Origin: Paraspadella gotoi
Taxonomy: Eukaryota > Animalia > Chaetognatha
Assembly: GCA_051294375.1 (NCBI GenBank)
Contig: CM119264.1
Span: 7,213,814 to 7,277,813, forward strand
Length of the DNA stretch: 64,000 bases
Direction of reading: 5' to 3'
This document shows positions 1 through 12,700 of the stretch, piece by piece. The notes beneath the pieces are model-generated. The model was not told the origin of the DNA. It worked only from the letters and a program-made list of their open reading frames with translations, and made no database searches. Position numbers and translations under genes: made by a program. Positions within the stretch are counted from its first letter, which is position 1, and each line of letters begins with the position of its first letter.

Positions 1-784
1 CGTCGGCAGAAGGACAAAATGGCGGCATAGAATTAATCCTCGGAAAATACGTTGTATTAATAAATGGTAATTTCCTTTTATTATAAGAAAAAAATCTGAT
101 TTTAGCATTTGTTATCCGTTTATAATAATACTTCATTATTTACATTATTTTCAAAAAAATCTAACAGTAGACAAAGTAATTGAAACCGAATTTAAACTGT
201 GGAAATCATTTTTCTTAAGAGCTTGATTTCGCTATCTGCAAGTTTGCGTCATCGTAATCGTTTAAACTTTAAACTTTAAAGTATTGATTTATTCATTTCT
301 TCATACCTGAAGTCCAAGTTTTGATGTCAAAAATTATTACAAAGTGGCGAGAGAAAAAAAGAGTTAAAGAAACTTGAGGGAGGGAAAAAAGTGGAAAAAA
401 AAAGGGCGTGGAATGGATTTGGAAAGGAAAGGAAAAGATAAGAGACGAAGGGAGAAAAAAATAAGAGGTTTCAAGCGTTTTAGATAAGTTTTGAGGGTTG
501 AAGGCCGTTGGTATCCGATTCCACTCTCTCCTTCTTTTCTCTTTTATTTCGTTTTTTTTTTTCCTCGGCCTCCTTTCTCACTTGAGTTTTCCACTAAGAA
601 GACCACCCTCACACCTCCTCCTTCTTCCCTCTTCTTCCACTCTTCCTCTCCTCTTCTCCACATCTTCCTTCTCCTCTTCCTCCACCTCTTCCTTCTCCTC
701 TTCCTCCTCCTCTTTCCTTCTCATTTTCCTCCTTCTCTAACTCGTCAAGACTCTGGTTTATTTACAATAAACGACAAAGAGGAA

Positions 785-1107
785 ATGAGACAGATAAATA
801 TTGTAATCCTTCTCTTGGCTTTGTTGTCCTCGGGTTGCGTTGTAGAGCATCGCCAGCCCCCAAAAAAGTAGGAAAACATTTTTTGTTGTTGATTGTTTAT
901 AAATATATATATATGGTGGACTAAAATCCAACAACAGTTCATCAGAGAAGCAAAAACTAATACCAAATTTAAAAAAAAAAATTTAAAAATAAACGCGAAA
1001 ACTGTTTCCCCTTCGCAACTGGATTGAAATTGATAAATGGTATTTTTGTTTTGTCCTGTTGTAGTCCAATTGCCCGAGCCCTTTGTTGTAATGCGCATAA
1101 ATATTAG
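785..1107 (+). CDS. Candidate two-exon small secreted peptide (41 aa)
   Basis: Exon 785-867 (donor AA|GTAGGA) and exon 1065-1107 (acceptor TTGTCCTGTTGTAG) join in phase 2. Product MRQINIVILLLALLSSGCVVEHRQPPKNPIARALCCNAHKY* has a signal-peptide-like start. No recognised homology; could be chance. Confidence 0.25.
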
Positions 1108-1761
1108 AAAAGTATTGGGCTTGCGATTGAACCTTGGCCGACAGAGGGAAGATTGTAATTTGTTTACTCTTGTTATCAACATGTTAATCTCATTCTTAGA
1201 AGAAAAAAATATTAAACATTCATACATACTTTTTTAACGTTATTTTTTATTTTTTCGCTCGAGTCGCGTCTCGAAGCGAAGGATTTTTCTGCCGATATTT
1301 TATGGAATTCGCGTTTTATCTTCGGTGTCAGGGACAGAGGAGACAAACTTGTCCTTGCGGTGGATGGAAGATGCGAACTTTGTCCTCGAGGATCTCAACT
1401 TTTTTTTTTCGCGCGACATGAGTCGCTTTTTTTTCTGAGAATGACAAGGTCGCCTTTATTTAGGGGCTTTTTGTTTGGAAGTGTCACGGCGTTATCACCG
1501 AGGTTCGTCAGTAGACAATTAGTCATGGTTGCTTTTTTTAATCTTTAAGGTTTTGTCCCTTATCTTGGAATTATGTAATAACATATGAATTCATTATAAA
1601 AATCCCAATAAATTAAAATATATATTTACTTCCGTTTGCTTGAGGTATGTGTTATCAACGCTTAGAAGTTATGACCGGTTATAACCTTCCTGAATACGAC
1701 GGATGAAACGCAAGCTCTGCAAATCTTGATATAACACTTCGCTCTCCCTAGAATACGAAAA

Positions 1762-1804
<43 letters not shown>

Positions 1805-2582
1805 GCCTCTTTCTCCCACTCACTCCCTCTTTTCCTCTCCCCCTATCTATTTCTATGTCATTCTCGCCAAAGTCGTCTTGTCCATTTTTTTCTTTTTCCC
1901 TTTTTGGGACGGTCAGCAAAGTAGCTGCTGGACGGAGGGTCATTAGCACAGAAAGATAGAAGGAAGAAAGAAAGAAAAAAGGAAAGAAAAAAAGAAGCTA
2001 TAAAAAGTGAAAAAAAAAGACAGAAAATCAGACCGAAAGAAAAAAAGACAACCAGTGCCCAAAAGCGAAATATATAACCAAATAACAAAACCAGATTAAT
2101 AAATGAATGAATTAGCAAAGGCACGAACGAAACCCCACAGTTTAGTTCCCGCTGTTTCCCCGCCGACAGTGCAGCGACGACGACGACGACGACGACGACG
2201 ACGTAAGGAAGCGTAATCCTTAGTTCTTTTGATTTTCCGGTGGCCGGATGCGTCCACTCGTTTGCTCAAAGCAATTTAATTCAAACTTTTTAAAAAGATA
2301 ACTCAACCATATATTTTTTACAAAAAATACATAACTGGCAGCTAATTCATTTTAAAAGTTTACTCTACTCTACTCTACCGCCCTATAAACTTCGATTTTG
2401 GACATATACTTTCGAAGTAATAGTCAACTAAACGTCAAAAGTTAATTATACGATGCATCTGAACGATTTTGCCGTAATTGTTTAATGTCAGTTCTCTTTG
2501 ATGCCTCAACAGATGGCTGAAGTGAGAGAGAGAGGAGAAAGAGAGAGAGAGAGAGCAGAGAAGAGAGAGACGAGGAGAGAGA

Positions 2583-2615
<33 letters not shown>

Positions 2616-4847
2616 ATGTGAGAGAGAAAAAGAGAGAGAGAGAGAGATAGGATGGTCACGCCCACTTTGGGAGCGGCGATGAATAATGGGTCGATCCGCT
2701 CGATGGCGCGCCAAAAGAGGGCGAGAGACTCCGAGTCTTTCTATGGGTGAGGGTTTTTTTTGTTTGTTTTTTTTTTAAATGATTTCGGCGGCAGAAGTTG
2801 CGAAAGAGTTGGGGATACATTTAAAGGTGAGGGCAAGGGGTAACTTACTTAATTTTTGCTTTGTTCTGTATTTCTCAATTATCTATCAGTAATTCAGTAT
2901 ACATCTTAGTAGAAAGTCAAAACATTTCATCTCCAGAGAACTATTATATACACTTACCGAGATTCTAAATTAGCGTTTGGGCTGAATATATAACTACTCA
3001 CCACACTGACACGCGAAAATGAAACTAAGTGGAGCTTTTGCAGTCAACCTCACATTGCAGTCGACACTGCGAAGACTAAGTTACACTAAGTATATTGAAT
3101 CTCCTATGACTTTGAAAAAAGATAACCTTTCTTGACCGACGCAACTTGTATTTTCTGGAAAATCCCAAGGGCCCATCACTTTGGCTTCTTTCCAACGCAA
3201 CGTTTGATCTTTTCTTATCGCGCTTAAAGCCGAGGGTGTACGTACGACGAGCCTACAGAACGTACCGAAAGGGACGGAACGCAGTTACTTAGCGTCTTGG
3301 CGCTTATTTATTGTGACAAGCCTGGTGAAAATTGCTGATAATTTAATTTTTACGAAAAAAGATTTTGATTCAGTACTTTTTATTTTCTGTAATATAATTT
3401 TTTTTTCGAACGATACTTTGATAAAAATCTATTTTCTCGCCGAGAATAAATTTTCAGTGAAATCATTTCATTCACACTCGCGTCATTTTATTCACCCTCA
3501 CCTCATTTAATTCACCCTCACTTCATGACGATGACTAATGATTTTTTTTATATTCTGACTCCTTTTCTCTGTCAGCGAGAAAATCCCTTTGGAAGGATTT
3601 TTTTTTTATTGACTCCCTTTGACTACCACGCTCTTTCNNNNNNNNNNNNNNNNNNNNNNNNNNNNNNNNNNNNNNNNNNNNNNNNNNNNNNNNNNNNNNN
3701 NNNNNNNNNNNNNNNNNNNNNNNNNNNNNNNNNNNNNNNNNNNNNNNNNNNNNNNNNNNNNNNNNNNNNNNNNNNNNNNNNNNNNNNNNNNNNNNNNNNN
3801 NNNNNNNNNNNNNNNNNNNNNNNNNNNNNNNNNNNNNNNNNNNNNNNNNNNNNNNNNNNNNNNNNNNNNNNNNNNNNNNNNNNNNNCGAACGCCATCTTC
3901 ATCGGGAGGCATCTTTCGTTTTTGATCTTTCGCCGAAAAAATTGCTTTTTAAGAAAGAAATAATTAAAGTCTAAAAGAACCCTTTGTTATTGAATATTTA
4001 TAATAATAATTTTATGATATTACGAAATATAAAAATATTTTTATTTTACGGTAGATTTTTCGTCGCTATTCTCGCTATATTTTTTTTCCTTTCAGACCAG
4101 AAGACATTTTTCTTTTAATAAAAAAGACAAGAGTTATTCGGACCAGAATCATTACTAACATNNNNNNNNNNNNNNNNNNNNNNNNNNNNNNNNNNNNNNN
4201 NNNNNNNNNNNNNNNNNNNNNNNNNNNNNNNNNNNNNNNNNNNNNNNNNNNNNNNNNNNNNNNNNNNNNNNNNNNNNNNNNNNNNNNNNNNNNNNNNNNN
4301 NNNNNNNNNNNNNNNNNNNNNNNNNNNNNNNNNNNNNNNNNNNNNNNNNNNNNNNNNNNNNNNNNNNNNNNNNNNNNNNNNNNNNNNNNNNNNNNNNNNN
4401 NNNNNNNNNNNNNNNNNNNNNNNNNNNNNNNNNNNNNNNNNNNNNTTATACGAATCATATCATACCGTTTATGAAAACTTTCTGCTAATAATTAGTTTTT
4501 GGATTTACTTACCCGACCGTATTTTCTTGTTATTGTCATAATCGTCATCATCATCAGCATCGTCGTCATCATCATCGTCGTCATTGTCGTCGTCGTGTTA
4601 TACATAGAGTCCGCTTCCATCATCTTCATCACTGTAGGCGTCGGCTCCCCTCATCGCTGAGGTGTATATTTAGACATCGGCCCTCGCACGAAATAAAGAA
4701 AGATCGTCATTTCGATGCTCCATACTTTTTTATTTAGCATATTTCTTTGTTTTAGTTTTCTTTGGTCAAAATCGATTTAAGTCGATTCATACATGTTGAT
4801 ATATAAAAGTAAATTACTAAATCTGAATGATTAATTTGAATTGGCAA

Positions 4848-4861
4848 CATCATCATCATCG

Positions 4862-4956
<95 letters not shown>
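4848..4956. repeat. (CAT)n microsatellite
   Basis: Near-perfect CAT run; source of the poly-H, poly-M and poly-D ORFs. Confidence 0.95.
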
Positions 4957-4960
<4 letters not shown>

Positions 4961-6992
4961 TGGGAGTCCGACTTCGAAACAAGTCGGTAAAGAGAGTCGG
5001 TCTCGTAGCCGTCGGTCAAGTCCAACATGGCGGCAACAACGACCGCTAAACAAGAGCGAGGAAGAAAACAAGTCCAAAGGTCGACGAGAGAGACGACGAC
5101 GACGACGACGACGACGTCGAAGGCGAAACAGACGTGTCAGTTTTTCTAACTTTTCTCCTAATTACTTTCCCCGTTTTTCTTTTTTTTTAGACTTTCCCTC
5201 GCTTCATTCTTTCCTCGCTCAATGTTTCTTTCTTGAGTTGAAAACTTAAATACAAAAGGTTTTTTTTTCAGAAAAGATTGTAAAAAAGGAAAAGAAAGTT
5301 GAACAATAAACATTTAAAAAATATGACCGAGCTGAGGAGAAATAAAAGAGAGAGGAAAAAAGGATAGAGGCCTTTAGTTGAATCTCTAATGACCTTCAAT
5401 TTGACCTCGTTGACCTTGAAATGACCCATCGGAACTCGAGGGAGTTAATAACTGATAGAGTTATCAATTAAAAAAATAATTGGAAAACAAGAATTCATTT
5501 TCATTTCTTTATTACGAATGATAGTTGATCTGCCTGTGGACGAAAAAAAGGACAGGTTTCCGATCCATCGGACCAGTAAAATTCGAGTACTAGTAAAGTC
5601 AAAATGTACGTAACTTGTTGCAAGCGAGTTGGACGATGAGAAAGCAGGCAAATGTTCGCTCTATAACGCAATTCAGTTGGGGGAAAGCTTTTTTTTCAAG
5701 CGTCCCAGCTATAGATGCGTCTCAGCTTGAACCAAGTATCCCAATAAAGGATATAATGTCATGAATCATCGAGGTTCCATGGCGATCGTCAACGGATCTC
5801 AATTAATGCGCAGACCATTCCATCGGTGGTTAATAACTTCTAGCCTGTGTTTTCTCGCCACTTTATGTAAGAGGTTTTAAATGTCATTCAACAAGCAATA
5901 AGTGTCCTCACTGTTAAATTACTCACAATCAATAAGAGTCAAGATTTCCATACTATCGTTGAACGTCAAGCAATTAAAATCTGGCGCATTTTACGAGCAA
6001 ATTGATGATTAATAAAGCCAGGCGTTCCAAGACGTCCCGCTGAAGTAGTATCATCAGGCTCTTCAGGCAATGGGGTTATCAGGCGTCCGAACGTCAGCGG
6101 TTATCAGAAAACAGAAAGGGTATCAGCGTTCCACTCAGCCCTTTCGATGGGATATCAGGCAATGGGTGAGAGTATCAGGTGTCTGCAGGCGCCCAGGCCG
6201 TCCCGTCAATGTATCCAATGGCAACGGGAGACTCAGCTGCTCGACGGCGTCTCGGTTTTTCTGAACGCTTGGGTTCAAACGTTGCGCGCGGGATCGAGTT
6301 GTGTTGCGAATCGCGCAGAAAAATTCCGAACGGCCTCCTTATTTCTTTTTATTATCCAGAAANNNNNNNNNNNNNNNNNNNNNNNNNNNNNNNNNNNNNN
6401 NNNNNNNNNNNNNNNNNNNNNNNNNNNNNNNNNNNNNNNNNNNNNNNNNNNNNNNNNNNNNNNNNNNNNNNNNNNNNNNNNNNNNNNNNNNNNNNNNNNN
6501 NNNNNNNNNNNNNNNNNNNNNNNNNNNNNNNNNNNNNNNNNNNNNNNNNNNNNNNNNNNNNNNNNNNGCACCTTTAATGCAATGAAAGTAATAATGTATT
6601 ACTTGCCTGTCTGGGATCGTTATTTTCTCCGATAAAAGATTAACGTTTCCGTCCAGATCATTTATTCGATCAATTAAATCAAATTATACATCAACTACTT
6701 TTCCCTTCTGTTAACCCATAAAATTCGGTTACATCCACGGACAGATAGGAAAAATTGCAGAGGTCGCGACATACGGGTGAAGGCATCAGCCAGCGCAAAA
6801 TGGCATCTAATAGTAATAATATAAAAGAAAAGGAAACGTATAGAGTTAACAGATAATTAAGTAAAAGAAGTCAAATACAGTAAGCGAACGAAAAAATAAA
6901 ATCTCGTATCGTGAAAAGAAAAGAATCATAGTAATAAGAGAATTTTACTGATTAAAAAAGTGAAATAGAATGAAATTAGAAAAATATTAGAA

Positions 6993-7024
<32 letters not shown>

Positions 7025-7561
7025 ANNNNNNNNNNNNNNNNNNNNNNNNNNNNNNNNNNNNNNNNNNNNNNNNNNNNNNNNNNNNNNNNNNNNNNNNNNN
7101 NNNNNNNNNNNNNNNNNNNNNNNNNNNNNNNNNNNNNNNNNNNNNNNNNNNNNNNNNNNNNNNNNNNNNNNNNNNNNNNNNNNNNNNNNNNNNNNNNNNN
7201 NNNNNNNNNNNNNNNNNNNNNNNNNNNNNNNNNNNNNAAAAAAGAAAGAAAAATAAAAAAGAAGAAACAAAAGCGTAAAAAGAAAATAAGAAAGAAAGAG
7301 AGAGAAAAAAAGAGGAAAGAAAAGACAGAGCAGAAAGAAAAAAATACATCTAAGCAAGTAAGCAAGCAANNNNNNNNNNNNNNNNNNNNNNNNNNNNNNN
7401 NNNNNNNNNNNNNNNNNNNNNNNNNNNNNNNNNNNNNNNNNNNNNNNNNNNNNNNNNNNNNNNNNNNNNNNNNNNNNNNNNNNNNNNNNNNNNNNNNNNN
7501 NNNNNNNNNNNNNNNNNNNNNNNNNNNNNNNNNNNNNNNNNNNNNNNNNNNNNNNNNNNNN

Positions 7562-7600
<39 letters not shown>

Positions 7601-8287
7601 TAGCGAAAAATTGGTTGATGTATTTCAAAGAACTTTGGCCCCAAACGCATTTTGGAGGCGGCGGCAGCGGCGGCGGCTGCGGCGTCGGCGGCAGCGGCGG
7701 CGGGGGCACCGGAGATTTTTTTTCTAGTGGTGGTGATCGTTAAAATGGTGTGGGGTTAAGAATAGCGTTGGTGGTTGGACGAACAACGCAGTCGTCATTG
7801 GGAGAATTATAATCCAATTTTTCAGGTGTTGTTGTTGTTGTTGCGCCATGAAATTACGGATCATTTAGTCTGTGGGTCAGGAAGAATGCAAAATCTAAAA
7901 GTTGTCTAAAAGAGTCCACAATCCTGTGGGTGTATGTGAGCAATGTCGGTTGCCGAGAGAATGGTGTCATGGATGGTGGCTGTGGGGATGGTGATGATGA
8001 TGATGATGATAATGATGACGATGTTGCCATCGGCTGAGGCTCTTTTTGCCATCCCGCTCTTGCAAAGAGTCTTGGCCCATAACCAAGAGAGAGAGGGAGA
8101 GAGANNNNNNNNNNNNNNNNNNNNNNNNGAGAAAACCCATTTGGAGATTGGAAAACTAGTAGAGGCACCTTACTTCAAGTGAGTACTTTTAATAAATATA
8201 AGATGAAATAAACTGATACCACTTCGTAAATTAAAAACCTACTTCCATCAAAAAGATAAAACAAATAATGATAAAATAATATAACTC

Positions 8288-8324
<37 letters not shown>

Positions 8325-8390
8325 NNNNNNNNNNNNNNNNNNNNNNNNNNNNNNNNNNNNNNNNNNNNNNNNNNNNNNNNNNNNNNNNNN

Positions 8391-8425
<35 letters not shown>

Positions 8426-8629
8426 ATATAATAATAATTATAATAACATTTAAAATAAATATACATAAAACAACAATAATCATTTGCTAAACGAAGTCGA
8501 TGACAATTTCTATAATGAAAAAAGGGCGTGCGGATTATGGCAGAGAAAAAATTGAAGATTGAAGTTTTTCTCCTTTTGCCTTATTTTCCATTTCCGATAT
8601 GACGGTTTGATAGGCAGCGAATGGGAGAG

Positions 8630-8669
<40 letters not shown>

Positions 8670-9321
8670 CGAGAGCGAGCGAGCACTTTTGACGGACGTC
8701 TGGGTCGAAATTTCTGTTTCTAAGGTCGCATCTTGATTTTTTGGGGATTTTTTTTCGCTTTTATTTTCTCTCGCGTGAAAATTCTCACTATAAGAATTGA
8801 TCGACTTATTTTCGTTCGTCGTTTTTATTTCACACTTCGTTTTCTGACTTCTTTCGATTAAAGTTGCAACTCACGTCAAGAAAGTTGGCAGTTTTTCTCA
8901 CCACGAAGATACAGTTATTAAAGATGCGGCCTCAGTTTCGATTCAGAATTTCAACATTGAGAACAAAAGAACTTTGACGTCTTTTAGCTATGAACCAAAT
9001 TTCGATGTCACGTGGACAATCGGGTATTTTTTATGCAGCGGTTGTGATCATCGCAGAGGAATCAAACCCAAGAATCGAAATCGGATCGGCGACTCGAGAG
9101 AAATCCGCCGGAACCAGAATGTAACTCTTTCATTGGTCGATTCACCAATGGCATCGACCAATGGGATTTCGTTGGGAATTTTACCCTTGCCTCTGATCCG
9201 CTTGGGTTGTATAAATTTGCACCAACTTTGTATTGATTCACTCCGTCTGAAAATTGACACCGTCTTCTCTTGTCTATTTTCTGATAATAAATTCCACTTT
9301 GGTTTCATTTTGAAATTCCTG

Positions 9322-9370
9322 GTGGCAGTTAGTTGTAGGATTCGAACCCACGCCTCCAAAGAGATTGTGA
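9322..9370 (-). pseudogene. 3' half of a tRNA-Leu-like sequence (tRNA remnant or SINE fragment)
   Basis: Minus strand reads CAATCTCTTTGGAGGCGTGGGTTCGAATCCTACAACTAACTGCCA. This resembles the variable arm, T arm and acceptor end of eukaryotic tRNA-Leu (GTCTCTTCGGAGGCGTGGGTTCGAATCCCACCGCTGCCA, from memory). No 5' half is present. Confidence 0.55.
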
Positions 9371-9784
9371 TGACAGTAGTGAAGATGGTTATTTGGACTC
9401 GAAAATGTTCTTTCTTATTTTTATAATTTAATTTAAATATTTATTTTATGATAGAGTATACATTTTTTTTCTAGAAAGTCGAAACCACGAAAAAAAAAAA
9501 TTTCGTCCGCCATTTTTGTGATTTACCTCTTTTCTTTTATCCTCGACAGTCACAGTCTCATTTTCATTCCTTAATTTCTTCTTTTCTTTTCTTCTTTTCC
9601 ATTCATTTTTATTTCCTTGNNNNNNNNNNAAAACAACACTGTTTGAGGAAACGTATGGGCTTAATAGGTAAGCGATAGTGGTTTGAAAACTAGTGTAAGA
9701 ATTATTTAAATATGTACATATTATACATACTCGTTAAAGAGAAACGATAAAAAATAATAAAATGAAAATGAAACATTTCTAAAC

Positions 9785-12700
9785 TCACTCTAAGTCCAGT
9801 AAACGGCGTAAAACTGCGTTGTAACTTGGCCTTGAGGTCGAGCTTATAGTTTTATATGAGAAATTGGATGGTTGAGGACGTGTGAAACGCTCGATGAGTG
9901 GGCGTGGCTGAGTACGCGTCTCTTCCGATGGCGCTGGCGCTGGGCATGGCGTCGGAGAAATTGGGGGCGCGTCGGAAGTGAAAGATGGCGCCTCGTTCTC
10001 GCGTGGCTGTGCGTGCGTTTCTTTATTAACGTCGTTGCGCATCCCGGAAGTAGGCGTGGCATCGTTGAGAGGCGCCAGCGGGGGGAATGCAACTGAAGCT
10101 ACATCCGGGTGCGATTGGGGAATATCTAAGTTGTGGGCGTCGGCTTGTGGATTTTGTCTCGCTTGAATTTGTTGTTGGCGACGAGTCATTGAGCGCGTTT
10201 GTCGCGACGTCGGAGGAGGATGTCGAGTCCGAGGGCCCGGGCGTCGACCTGGGCGTGGAGGTGAAGGTGGAGGGGACGGCTGAGATGCTCGTTCTTCCCC
10301 GTCTTCATCGCGCCAAAGCGTCGCTGGTTTAATCCTGGCGATAGCTATTGTTTCGACGCCTCGGCCTGGTATTTCCACTTTGAAGTTCAGATTATCGCGG
10401 GAAATAACTCGGTAGGGCCCATGATAGGGCGCCGTTAGCTTAGGATGTACTCCCGATCGCTGGATGAATACGTGGGTAGCGTCAGATAGTGTTTCTGGTA
10501 AGTACAAACGGGGAGTTCGATGTGTCGATGTTTCCGTGGGTTGTAGGCGCTCCACTTCGACTCGTAGGTTGTCGCGTAAGCGTCGACGCTGATTTTGAAG
10601 TTGGTCGTCGCCGAGTGGAGGAGGAAGGATGTCGCCGGGGACGGCGAGGCCTTCGCCGTAAACCAAGTCGGCTGGAGAAGCGCCGATGTCCGGTTTTATG
10701 GTTGTCCTTATCGCCAAGAGTGCCGAGGGCAACCTCCAGAACCACTTGTGCGGCTCGTTGTCGCCTAACGCCACCAACGCTTCCTTTAAGCGGCGGTGAA
10801 AACGCTCCACCAATCCATTTGACTGCGGATGATATGCCGCAGTCTGTTGGTGCTTAATACCCCACGCTTGGGTTAGTTGCGTCCATATGGCGGACGAAAA
10901 CTGGGCGCCGCGGTCGGTCGTGATTGCTGAAGGGATGCCGAACTGGGCGATCCAGCCGTGCGCGACCGCGTCGACGACGGATTCGGTCGACATGTCCTTC
11001 ATGGGAATAGCCGCGGGCCAGCGGGAAAATCGGTCGACAATTGTCAATAACGAGCTGAAGCCGTTTGACGTAGGCATGAGCGTTATGTCGATGTTGAGAT
11101 GATGGAACCTTTTTGACGGGACTTCAAATTCTCCGATATGCGGAGTCACGTGACGGGTAATTTTTGCGCGTTGACATGGGAGGCATTCGCGCGCCCAACG
11201 GGTGGCGTCTGCCTTCAAGGATGGCCAGACGAACTTGGAAGCGATAGTCTCCCGAGTTCTGGCGATGCCGGGATGGCCCAGGCCGTGGACGGCGTCGAAA
11301 ATTCTCTTCCGCCATGATTCAGGCACAAAGGGCCGGGCGGGGCCGTTCGAAATGTCGACGACAAGCTTCTGGTCGCCGATGGAGATTTTACGGAATTGTA
11401 GGCCGGTCCTGGCGTCGTTGGAGAGCCTCTGGAAGTCGCGATCGAGCGCCTGGTGGCGCGCCATCTCTTCTAGGTCGATACCCTCTTGTCCTATCGCGTT
11501 AATAGTCGCTTGAAGGTCCTCCGACTTTTCCGTTGGTACTGGGCGGTCGATAGCGGCGATTGGAGCTGGATTTGGACGCGACAAGGCGTCAGCGACCACG
11601 TTGGCTTTGCCGCGTATATGCCGGATGTCGGTCGTGAATTCCGATATTACGGAAAGTTGAAAGTTATGGCGCGTCGTCTGTGGCTCCGCTCGCTTATGCA
11701 GGGCGTGGATAAGAGACTGATGGTCCGTATATAGAGTAAATGCTCTTCCCTCGAGCCAGTGGCGAAAATGGCGCACCGCTCGAAAGGCGCCATAAAGTTC
11801 CCTGTCGAACGGAGGCCAGCGGCGCTGCGTTTCGTCGAGTTTGGCGGAGAAAAACGCCAAGGGTTCCCAACCCTGTGGCGTCCTCTGTTCGAGCACCGCT
11901 CCTACTGCAATGTCAGATGCATCGGTCGTTAACGCCAATTGGGCGTTAGTTCGCGGATGTCGGAGGAGGGCGGCGTTGGCTAGCGCCTCCTTGATGGCGT
12001 CGAATGACCGAGAGCAATCTGCCGACCAATTCAGCTGCTTGGGCTTGCCGGCGAGAATGTCGTACAACGCCGCGGCATGGTGAGCGGCGTTGGGAATAAA
12101 TCGGCGGTAATAATTTACCATGCCGAGAAAGCGTTGCAACTCCTTGACCGTGGTGGGTGGGTTGGTGGCTCTTATGGCCTCGACTTTCTGGGGAAGGGGT
12201 TTAACCCCTGTAGCGTCCACCAAGTAGCCCAGAAATTCCAGTGAAGGTTGGCCCAGGATGCACTTCTTGCGGTTAATGACTAAGCCGTTGTCGGCGAGTG
12301 AGTCGAAGACTGCTTTTAGATCCTTCAAGTGCTCCTCCTGGTCGACGCTAGCAACGAGAATGTCGTCGAGATAAACATACGTGTGAGGTACGTCGCCCAA
12401 GATTTCGTCCATCATCCGCTGAAAGTCTTGGCCTGCATTTTTGAGGCCAAAGGGTGTGCGGAGAAAGACGAACAAACCGAAGGGGGTTATCACAGCTGTT
12501 TTCGGGATATCTTCCTCCGCTACGGGAATCTGGTGATATCCCTTGAGTAGGTCGATTTTCGAAAACACTTTTTTCCCCGCTAGCTCCGCGTTAAAATCGG
12601 CTAGAAGTTTTACAGGATATTTATCATCCTTCGTATTGGCATTCAGTCGACGAAAGTCTCCACAACATCTCCACCCGCCGTCCGCCTTGGGGACGCACAG

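Noticed and set aside
4752-5249. Poly-His, poly-Met and poly-Asp ORFs
   Set aside because: They are different frames of one (CAT)n microsatellite plus a (CGA)n run, with no other coding signal.
5990-6100. Possible hammerhead ribozyme (CTGAAGA / CTGATGA on the minus strand)
   Set aside because: No correctly placed GAAA and no stems I-III could be drawn.
7600-7900. Poly-Pro or poly-Ala minus-strand ORF
   Set aside because: GCC-type triplet repeat; no consistent splice or frame support could be established.
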